From assembly GCA_036785375.1 (NCBI GenBank), contig JAWMAR010000104.1, positions 4,588,001 to 4,652,000 of the forward strand: 64,000 nucleotides of DNA, given 5' to 3'. Below the pieces are notes generated by a model. That model was not told the DNA's origin, ran no database searches, and worked only from the letters and a program-made list of their open reading frames with translations. Shown here piece by piece: positions 1-9,671 of the stretch. A program made the translations under genes and the position numbers. The stretch comes from Leucoraja ocellata. Taxonomy: Eukaryota. The first letter of the stretch is position 1. Each line of letters starts with the position of its first letter.

Positions 1-76
1 CGCAGATAAGACCAGGTCGACATATCGCAAATATGCAAGCAAACACAGTGAAAGCAAACCTCGGTAGATACGCCAT
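1..76 (-). CDS. Clustered protocadherin variable exon, 5' end only (runs off the window)
   Basis: Reverse complement of 1-76 reads MAYLPRFAFTVFACIFAICRPGLIC, matching the signal peptides of the intact paralogues. Same GGAACAATGGCG start context; CSE ~250 bp upstream. Confidence 0.9.
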   Translation of the reverse strand, partial: MAYLPRFAFTVFACIFAICRPGLIC

Positions 77-322
77 TGTTCCGCGCCCCGTCAAATTCCA
101 AGACTAGGCCTCTCTTCGGTTAATCCGTGCAGATGGTCCACGCACCAGATAAAAAAATCTTATATATTTCCAATCCCCCATCTAAACAGACGGGAAATGT
201 ATCCTCCTCAGCTTGTTTCGGCAATGGAAACGCAGGCACAGCTCGTCTCTGTCGTCGGGTCTGGCGTTTTTATTCTGGAGATGTGGGAGGGGCAATGGAT
301 CCATCTGCGTACTCGAGCTTTT

Positions 323-366
323 CATTGGTAGACAGCGACACGACCAGTTCTTTTCAACAACTGCAG
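323..366 (-). promoter_or_regulatory. Protocadherin promoter conserved sequence element (CSE; CGCT box, putative CTCF site, CCAAT)
   Basis: Minus strand CTGCAGTTG-N10-CTGGTCGTGTCGCTGTCTACCAATG. The same motif recurs at the same position before every exon whose 5' end is visible. Confidence 0.85.
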
Positions 367-934
367 CTACAATTCTTAAAGCTGTACCGCTCTCCTGCAC
401 ATTTAATTGTGTGCAACCATAAAATGCCCTAAATAAATAAATGTTTGAAGAAGGAGCTTTGTTTTACGTTTAACTTCGAATATCACATCAGGCACATCCG
501 GATAGGGTTATTACTAAAACATTCTGTCCGTCTGTTAGAATGCACAGCGATATTCCCAACAAATGTTCCTTGCTTCATAAATAGATTATCGGATATAACG
601 TCTTTGTTTACAGTTGTTGGAACTCTTATAATCGCTCATCCGGGCAGTAAGAAAATATATTCATATAACGACTGCATAATTTCCTTTGATATGATTATGC
701 CCATTCCAACGAAAATAATTTTAAAGCAAAGTTGACCTCTTTAGCGATCATAGGACATAATCATAATTTAATTATCACTTTCCAGATAGCGGAGAAGATG
801 TTCGTGAACACAATGCTTTCGATTGGCTAATTGCTGAACCAAATACCTCTATAAAGGGAATGATTGTTGGTGAAATGCATCGTCACGTCCAATCAAGCCG
901 GGTTTATTGACACGTGCATGCATAAACATTGTGA

Positions 935-1085
935 GGTGTAAGGATGAACAGCAGATGCCGGTTTAATCCGAAGATAGACACAAAAAGCTGGAGAAACTCA
1001 GCGGGACAGCCAACATCTCTGGAGAGAAGGAATGTATGACGTTTCGGATCGAGACTCTTCTCCAGTCTCGACCCAACACGTCACG
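935..1085 (-). mobile_element. Penelope-like-element-derived short repeat with degenerate minimal hammerhead motif
   Basis: Minus strand CTGGAGAAGAGTCTCGATCCGAAACGTCA resembles the CUGANGA-stem-GAAA core with one core mismatch. Arranged as an imperfect palindrome at ~1037-1083. Confidence 0.5.
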
Positions 1086-1849
1086 CAGGGTATTGTAAGG
1101 TAATGGTAAAATGTAAATCTTCCCTGCATCAGTTTCACAAGCACAAAACCCGACAGATATTGTGGGAAGCATGGAAAATAGTTATCGTTATGTGTATCAC
1201 CGCAGGATATATATATTTTTTAAATTCTTATTTCAATTCTGCTGCTGGAGTTTGCAGTGGACGATCAACATCGTGCATGATCCGAGCAACGTTTGAGAGG
1301 GACAAGTTCTTAATGTCGTGGAAAGAATCTTAATCAAAATGAATGCTTTGGTCATGTTCACCACTCATTGAACATTTTCTGAAGATTTCTGATGACACAA
1401 TAGACTAATTGGGTGTCAATTATACGTCTTTCTTCAGTTAGCTGGGTTTCACGTTTTATATTCCATAACCACACGATCTATTTCCATTGACTGAACCATG
1501 CGAAACTAGCAAAAATCAAATTGTAATCAAATCAATATCAACCGAGTAATTGTAATAAAACTTACAAACATTCCGAATGAACACGAAAAACTAGAGGTGA
1601 CAACAAGAATGGAAATAGACTGTTTTTCAGTAGGTGTGAGGATGGGGAAGTAAAGGAGAGAAAATAGGAATCTCTCAAAGGCCACCACCAGATAAATATA
1701 TAAACTCGTCGGAGCGGATCTTAGGACACAAAATGCTTCACTGCTTCTGTGGTACATGATTAATAACAAGGGAAATTGATATGTTCATGGTAATAAACGG
1801 ACAGCGAATTGGGGTAAACTAGATTTGGTCTTTAAACATGGGAGCATAA

Positions 1850-2080
1850 ATAGACAGGGTTGCAAAGAAGGTAATGGACATGGTCGGCTTCATCGGCAGC
1901 GGTACTTGATGAAAGAGCTGAGAAGTGTTACTGATGCACAAAGCATAGATTTGGCTGGATTTGAATTATTGTTTACAGAGCTAGTCATCATCTTACAGAA
2001 ATAGTTTGGTCACGCCTGAGAGGGAGCAGGCCAGACACCCAAAAACGTTGCCAGGTTATGCGGGTTTACGTTATCGAGGG
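1850..2080 (+). mobile_element. Old, degenerate CR1-type LINE ORF2 fragment
   Basis: Diverged nucleotide similarity to the RVVKKA...LEYxVQFWSP...ERVQRRFT segment of the younger CR1 at 5750-5980. Similar remnants at ~6525-6730, ~13850-13995 and ~18950-19175. Confidence 0.55.
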
Positions 2081-2094
2081 GAAAACTAGAAGAT

Positions 2095-2349
2095 CAGAGT
2101 ATTGCGCGTTGTTTGGCTTTTACCGGAATTTTGCCCAACGTTGAAAAAAACTGGGATCGATAGATTTCACCTTCTGATAAAAAAAAAGATCCGAAATGTC
2201 TGACCAGAATCGGCATCTATGCGATTATTTTGGTGATCAGGTAACCCTGAACCCGCTGACTGGGTTACGACCTCCAGTGCTGCTGATCCACCCTGGTCCG
2301 AGGGTGAAACTATTACAGGCGCGTTGTTATTTTGTCCAGAATGTTTCAC
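2095..2349 (-). pseudogene. Relic protocadherin fragment (EC5/EC6 boundary)
   Basis: Translates to QNNNAPVIVSPSDQGGSAALEVVTQSAG...DADSGQ with frameshifts; colinear with ~10160-10410 of the intact exon. Confidence 0.85.
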
Positions 2350-2356
2350 CCAACTG

Positions 2357-2891
2357 CATAGAAACATACAACATAGGTGCAGGACGAGGCCATTCGGCCC
2401 TTTGAGCCAGCATCGCCATTTATTGTTATCAGGGCTGATCGTCCCCTATCAATAACCCGTGCTGCCTTCTCCCCATATCCCTTGACTCCACTAGCCCCTA
2501 GAGCTCTATCTAGCTCTCTCTTAAATCCATCCAGTGATTTGGCCTCCACTGCCCTCTGTGGTAGGGAATTCCATAAATTCACAACTCTCTGGGTGAAAAT
2601 GTTTTTTCTCACCTCAGTCTTAAATGACCTCCCCTTAATTATAAGACTGTGGCCCCTAGTTGTGGACTCGCCCAACATTGGGAACATTTTTCCTGCATCC
2701 AGCTTTCCCAGTCCTTTTATAATTTTATATGTTTCTATAAGGTTACCCCCTCATCCTTCTAAACTCCAGTGAATACAAGCCTAGTCTTTTCAATCTTTCC
2801 TCATATTCCATTAGGTCTCTTCATTGCCTGTTGTACCTGTAAGCCAACTTTCAGTGACCGGTGTACAAGGACGCCCAGGTCTCGCTGCACC
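2357..2891 (-). mobile_element. CR1-type LINE, 3' end
   Basis: ORF 2346-2687 gives TRGHSL..KGRSFKTEVRKNIFTQRVVNLWNSLP (CR1 ORF2 C-terminus), followed by a 3' UTR with a TATGTTTC-type tandem tail. Confidence 0.85.
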
Positions 2892-4761
2892 TAACCTAAC
2901 TTAATTGCAGTAGTTGGAATCTAGAACTAAACACAAAGTGCAAGAGGATGCGAGCTGACCGGCTGAATTCCATTAACACTTTGTGGTCTATTGCAGTCCA
3001 GTGTTCCCATACCAACAAATTAAGCAAGAGAGACCTTGTTTAAGTAGATATTCTTTATCATTTTTGTGTTAATTTTAGGAGATTAAAGCGAGTTAGTGAT
3101 TTTTTTAACGCTTTCAATGTCACCAGCTGATTAAGCGATTTTGCCTTTCAAGTAAAGAGTTCGCGCATAAGAGAATCGAGAACTCGAAATCAAGAAGTTA
3201 TTATCAGGTGCTTTTCCTACCGTCACATAAAATTTAGAAAAATTGTATATTTGGATTGCTTCTGTCAGATGTGTCTGCATTACTGCGCGCATTATAATCC
3301 AGGAAATCAGACCGATATTATGGGAAGCAACGAATTTAGGTATCGGTGCGTGCTGGGACGCGGAAGAGTTGGTGAATTTCTGAAGTCCTCTTTAATTTGT
3401 GAATCGCTGTTTCATTGTGCTTTCCTTCCACACATTCACCGTGCAATCACCACATAAGGGACTCAATGACGCATTGATCCATGGAGCTTTCTTTATTAAT
3501 CTTTCTTTATCCTTCGAGAAAAAATATTTCTAGTTACCAAACCTGTCGCCTAAATTTAAGCTTTACAATAAACGCCATTCGTAATTTCGTAGCTGGGATT
3601 TTACATGTCATTATCGACAGAAGCATTAGAATTGATATCCCAGGAAGGGAGCAATTAATGTCAAAATAAATTAATTGCAAATCGAAACGCAGCAAGATTT
3701 TATCCTTTGGCATAAAATTGAAGGCCTTCAATGCGTTAGGCCAGACGCGAGCTGCTTCCGTTATTCTACTATTTTAATTCCCGCAATAATACTGATGCGC
3801 CTAGCTCATTTTACGCACTTCACCTTTGATGCTGTTTCACAGCTCTTTCCTGCTATATCTTATTTGTGCTTTACTCCATCGTCTCTTGTACTATATCGTC
3901 GACAAGACTGCCTGGTCTACGTCTGATCTGTTAAAATATCCGCACAATCATTCTACGGAAGATTATAGTGGTGAAGTGGGCAAGATTTTTACATCCTGGC
4001 AGATAGCATGTTCAGCGTAAAGCACCCATTCGTCAGGAACTCCACTGAATGAAAATTTACGGAGGATTTCCGAAGCCACAGTGGTCACATACTGATTGGA
4101 TACCAATTTTCTTGCTACTTTGAATTTGGGATTTTTTATTTCCTATCTGCAGATATGGTTATTAATGATTGTGTCACGCGAACCTAGCAAATATCAAATT
4201 CTAAGACAAGGAATATTAATTGTAACAATACGTGCGAAATCAGTACAAGTAAACATGAACAATTAGGAAATAATATAAGGAATAAAATCAAAGCAAAGTG
4301 TGATTCGGAAATCTTTGTATTAACATAATTCTGGAGATGGGCCAGTTAGCTTTTAAATGCCGAATTATTATTTTTTAATGGTATGTTATATTGCCAAATG
4401 TGGCTTCTTTTTTTTCTTAATAATTTCGGCTGCAGAGCGATATACAATTACGTCAACTCATTTGACCCAACTATGAAATCTCGTCTCTATAAACCACTAA
4501 CATAAAAGGCATCAAAGCCTCATTTGGCCGTTAATTAACTGAGGAAAGCTAAACGATTAACGTAACAGCTTTGGGACGCTTCATCAGAGCTAGGAAAGTT
4601 GAAGGTAAGTTTGTTTACGTCGGGGAGCGGAGGATAGAAAATATGAATATCTCTCAAAGGTTAAGATCAAATACCTATGTGCAGCGGCAGAGGTAGCACT
4701 GAGGATAGGTTTATGTTTCATTGGTTCTTAGGTGCATCGCAAAATGTTTCTCATTTATGAG

Positions 4762-6416
4762 AATGGAAACTAGTAGGGTAGCTATGGATACTATGAGTTT
4801 CAAAGTAAAACAAGTACTGACACTTTTGAAAAATATAAAAATGGATAAATCTCCAGGTCCTGACAGGATATTCCCTAGGACATTGAGGGAAGTTAGTGTA
4901 GAAATAGCCGGGGCTATGACAGAAATATTTCAAATGTCATTAGAAACGCAAATAGTCCCCGAGGATTGGCGTACTGCGCATGTTGTTCCATTGTTTAAAA
5001 AGGGTTCTAAGAGTAAACCTAGCAATTATAGGCTTTGACTTCAGTGGTGGGCAAATTAATGGAAAAGATACTTAGAGATAATATATATAAGCATCTGGAT
5101 AAACAGGGTCTGATTAGGAACAGTCAGCATGGATTTGTGCCTGGAAGGTCATGTTTGACTAATCTTGTTGAATTTTTTGAAATGGTTACTAGGGAAATTG
5201 ACGAGGGTAAAGCAGTGAATGTTGTCTATATGGACTTTACATGACTTTGACAAGGTTCCTCATGGAATGTTGGTTAAGAAGGTTCAACTGTTGGGTATAA
5301 ATGCAGGAGTAGCAAGATGGGTAGCAACAGTGGCTGAATGGGAAAAGCCAGAGGGCAATGGTGGATGGTTGTTTGTCGGGTTGGAGGCAGGTGACTAGTG
5401 GGGTGCCTCAGGGATCGGTGTTGGGTCCTTTGTTGTTTGTCATGTACATCAGTGATCTGGATGAAGGTGTGGTAAATTGGATTAGTAAGTATGCAGATGA
5501 TACCAAGATAGGGGGTGTTGTGGATAATGAGGAGGATTTCCAAAGTCTACAGAGTGATTTAGGCCATTTGGAAGAATGGGCTGAAAGTTGGCAGATGGAG
5601 TTTAATGCTGATAAATGTGAGGTGCTACACCTTGGCAGGACAAATCAAAATAGGACGTACATGGTAAATGGTAGGGAATTGAAGAATACAGTTGAACAGA
5701 GGGATCTGGGAATAACCGTCCCTAGTTCCTTGAAGGTGGAATCTCATATAGATAGGGTGGTAAAGAAAGCTTTTGGTATGCTAGCCTTTATAAATCAGAG
5801 CATTGAGTACAGAAGCTGAGATGTAATGTTAATATTGTACAAGGCATTGGTGAGACCAAATCTGGAGTATGGTGTACAATTTTGGTCGCCCAATTATAGT
5901 AAGGATGTCAACAAAATAGAGAGAGTACAGAGGAGATTTACTAGAATGTTGTCTGGGTTTCAACAACTAAGTTATAGAGAAAGGTTGAATAAGTTAGGTC
6001 TCTTTATTCCCTGGAGCGCAGAAGGTTAAGGGGGGACTTGATAGAGGTATTTAAAATGATGAGAGGGATAGACAGAGTTGACGTGGATCAGCTTTTCCAT
6101 TTGAGAATAGGGAAGATTCAAACAAGAGGACATGACTTCAGAATTAAGGGACAGAAGTTTAGGGGTAACATGAGGGGGAACTTCTTTACTTAGAGAGTGA
6201 TAGCGGTGTGGAATGAGCTTCCAGTGGAAGTGGTGGAGGCAGGTTCGTTGGTGTCATTTAAAAATAAATTGGATAGGCATATGGATGAGAAGGGAATGGA
6301 GGGTTATGGTATGAGTGCAGGCAGGTGGGACTAAGGGAAAAAAGTTGTTCGGCACGGACTTGTAGGGCCGAGATGGCCTGTTTCCGTGCTGTAATTGTTA
6401 TATGGTTATATGGTTA
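4762..6416 (+). mobile_element. 5'-truncated CR1-type LINE with reverse transcriptase remnant
   Basis: ORF pieces KSPGPD..., QHGF, GVPQGSVLGPLLF and YADDTK. (TATGGTTA)n tail. TSD TATGAG at 4756-4761 and 6417-6422; the empty paralogous site TTCTCATTTGTGAGCCCTG is at ~18832. Confidence 0.93.
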
Positions 6417-7430
6417 TATGAGCCCTGCGGGATAGGCCACATCCAGTGAACGTAAATGACTTTGAGTTTGATGGTCAGAGAGATATTATGGCTACTGGAA
6501 AGTAGTTCTTTGAAAATGGGATCACAGGGAAACAGGGTGGTAAAGAAGTCAAATGATTGCATTCAATAACTTATGGACTGAGTAAAAGTAATGAGATGTA
6601 TTACCGTTGAACAAAAGATTGCTTCGGCCACATTTGAAGTATTGTGCACAGTTCTGGTCAACAGGCCATAGGAAGGGTGTGATGAAGCCAGGGAGGGAGC
6701 AGGGACAATTCCATGGAATATGGTCACAAATGGAGGACGGAAAGCAAACGGGCGCAACGTTATCCTAACAGGTAAACCGACTGCAACGTTCACTCGTTTT
6801 GGCCTCATAGCATCAGAGGTTCAGTTCTTTCAGAGCTAACTCGTTTTCTCGTCTATCGGTACTTATGAATGGACCCGCATTGGAAACAAAAACTGTATAA
6901 TGTGTCCACATGTGCTGCCCGAGATGCCGAGTGGCTCCAGGAATTCAGCAATCGGTGCTCTAAGGGACTTGAGAGCACCAACACTAAAAGCTTCCCTAAA
7001 AGTTAATTTGCAAGTCGAATTGGTAGTAAGGAAGGTGAATGCGATGTTTGCATTTATTGATAGGTCTAGAATACAAAGATAGGGATGTAATGCTGTGGCT
7101 TTATAAGGCACTGGTCAGACCGTATTTGGAATAATGTGTGCAATTGTTGGCCCCATATCCGAGGAATGACGTGATGGCGTTCGAGGTGATAGGGACGAGG
7201 TTTACGAGAATGATCCACAAATGATTGGGTTAACATACGATGAGCGTTTGGCGGCACTGGGCTTGTACACACTAGAGTTTAGAAAGGCGAGGGGGAAATT
7301 TACCGAATAGTGAATGGTCTGGATAGAGTGGTTACTTCCACTAGTGAGAGAGGCAAGTGCCAGAGGCCATAGCCTCAGAATAAAAGGAGAAACGGAGGAA
7401 TTCCTTTAGTCAGAGCGTTCATTGTGGAAT

Positions 7431-7567
7431 ACTTCTTCGTTGGTGTGGCGTGCACAGCCTAAAGTTGTTGGACAACTTGTTCTATTTGATCTTCGGTTTG
7501 TGCACGCCGAGTTGATTGCATTAGTCGAAACAGGGCGGACGACGTGAAGGTTGCAATCTACCACCCC
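7431..7567 (-). mobile_element. 137-bp non-autonomous retroelement with ribozyme head, 3' stem-loop and GAAGAAG tail
   Basis: Perfect 10-bp TSD ATTGTGGAAT at 7421-7430 and 7568-7577, interrupting a CR1. Perfect 10-bp stem GGCGTGCACA/TGTGCACGCC (7447-7456, 7499-7508). Short (GAA)n tail at the minus-strand 3' end. Confidence 0.9.
7514..7567 (-). ncRNA. Minimal HDV-like (CPEB3-type) self-cleaving ribozyme, one mismatch in P3
   Basis: GGGGUGG(P1) UA GAUUGCA(P2) ACC(P3) UUCACGU(L3) CGU(P3') CCGCCCU(P1') GU UUCGA C UAA UGCAAUC(P2'). G1-U wobble; L3 identical to the CPEB3 ribozyme; candidate catalytic C at 7524. Confidence 0.85.
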
Positions 7568-7784
7568 ATTGTGGAATTCATTGCCACTGACGGCAGTGGA
7601 GGCCAAATCAATGGATATTCTTAAGGTGGAGATTGATAAGTTCTTGATTAGTAAGGGTGTCATAGGGAGAAGGGTGGAGAATGGGTTTGAGAGGGAAATA
7701 TAGATCAGTCATGTTTGAATGACGCCGTAGACTTGATAGGCCGAATGGCCTAATTATGCTCCAACATCGTATCAACATAAAGGT

Positions 7785-9255
7785 TTTTTCCTACTCAAGA
7801 TATACAAACAGGAGACCCCGGCTAGGCCCATTCTCTTTTTATATTCGTGTGTTAGTGAGCTCATATTTATCTACTTCGACTCCATCTTGCCCATGATTCT
7901 TGTCCCTCATCATCAACATTTTAAGACATCTGAGATGCATTTCAGCATTTTTGGCCCCACGGTCCAAATCATATCATGGACGTCCAGTCTGTTGTCACTT
8001 CCATTCCCCATTAAGAAAGCCTCAGAGCTCCCATTTTCTTCCTGGAACAGAGGCTCTAAAGAGGTCACCTCAACTGTGCCCCTCCTCTGCCTGGACGGCC
8101 AACAGCTTTTCATTTGAGTTTTCTCAAGTAATTTTCAATCCAATATATTATTCACAAATATTTTTGCCAACTCCAAATCAATCAAGCCACCAGCCACATC
8201 TTCTTTTCTCCACCCGATTTTGCTTTCTGCAGAAGGTCAGTACCTCCGCGACTCGCTGCAGAAGGTCAGTCCCTCCACGACACATCTCTGAAAACCTACA
8301 CCACCCTTCATCAGGCAGTTTCCCGTGCAAATTCGAGATGTACACCACCTGCTCCTGTACTTCTCCTTCAAATCCAGAGGGGTCTAAACAGCCATTCAAA
8401 GTCAGGTAGAGGGTTGCATACACCTCTTACAGCTTCGTGAATACATTTAGTGCTCCTCACGTGGCCTAATCTACACCGGGAGACGAATTGTAGTTGAAAC
8501 GACCACTTCGGCAAGTACTTGCACTTTGTTCACCAGGGTCAGTTGGGGTTTCCGAATACAACTTCAATTATAGGCCCATTGTAATACATAACTCCCTGTC
8601 CTCAGCTTTCTCCATTATCAGAAGGGGGGGGGGGGGGGGGCGGTATTCAAACTGAAATACAAGCATCCCATATTCCGATTTCATAGCTCCAAGCCAACGG
8701 AATAGACATCCCATTTTCCATTTACATGTTACCTCAAATCCACCCTCTCTACTGCTGATCTACATGGCCTCCAACGCACATCACTTTTTCCACTCTCCAC
8801 CGATCCGTCACAGCTCCTTTCTGATCCTCCGTCTCATCCTTCTGCTTCTCACCCCCCCCCCCCTTCACCCTTTGGGATCATTATCTCCCACCCTTTCAAT
8901 TGTCCCTTCCTCTCCTTCTGCATTTCATTCCTCAATTTCCTTTCTTATTAGATTCCACCTGATTCCTTTTTCCACCTCATTCTAGTCTAAGTCGCCATTC
9001 CCACCCGTCGTTCTGCGCCTTCCCCATCTGACAATCAACCCTTCCTTACCTGGCATCAACTTGCCAACTCTTAGCACGCCACTTCAATGCACCTATTTAT
9101 TTCTACCAGCTACACCTTCTGTACTTCACGCTTGAGACATTGCCCCAACCCAATGCGTTAACCGTTCATATCCTTCCGCAGATTTCTACTGACCCCAGAA
9201 GCTTGTTCCTTTTTTTGCACAAGATATTAGCATCCACACTCTCGTCTGTTTCACG
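7785..9255 (+). mobile_element. Decayed Penelope-like element (GIY-YIG endonuclease region and pyrimidine-rich 3' part)
   Basis: Around 8460-8485 the sequence reads GLIYTG-ET (with a frameshift), like the GIY-YIG CGxxYIGET motif. Shorter homologous pieces recur in later intergenic regions (~14000-14600, ~19180-20190, ~26700-27220). Confidence 0.6.
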
Positions 9256-9671
9256 TGCATCATATATTGAAATTATTGTCATCTCCATTATTTATTTAGT
9301 TCTTTTCTACATTGGACATGATATGGAATATGCGCACGACAAATATTTTGGTCGTAATTTTAAAATGTTATTACTTTAACCATATGAATGGATTCAAGAT
9401 CCTGAACGTAATTGATCTAGTAGCAATGAATTTATATACGTGGTTGAATGAAAGGTAAGAGGAATCCCGTCGTAATTAACAGTTCCCACTCAGACGAGTG
9501 CATTTTATTTGCTAAACATTATGTTTTACAATTACAACAAATGCACAATATAAACGAAAGCGAAATTGCACCAAATAATATAATCTTAAATATTTAATTC
9601 ACGAATGAAATCACATTCCTTAAGATTAAATGGCCCCAAATAAGATGCGTCTTACTTGAGGTTACGCATCT

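Larger units (their letters stand above)
6960..7780 (+). mobile_element. Degenerate CR1-type LINE 3' part, interrupted by the 7431-7567 insertion
   Basis: SLKVNLQVELVVRKVNAMFAFI-like translation and a CR1 3' UTR (GGCCGAATGGCC) near 7740. Confidence 0.8.
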
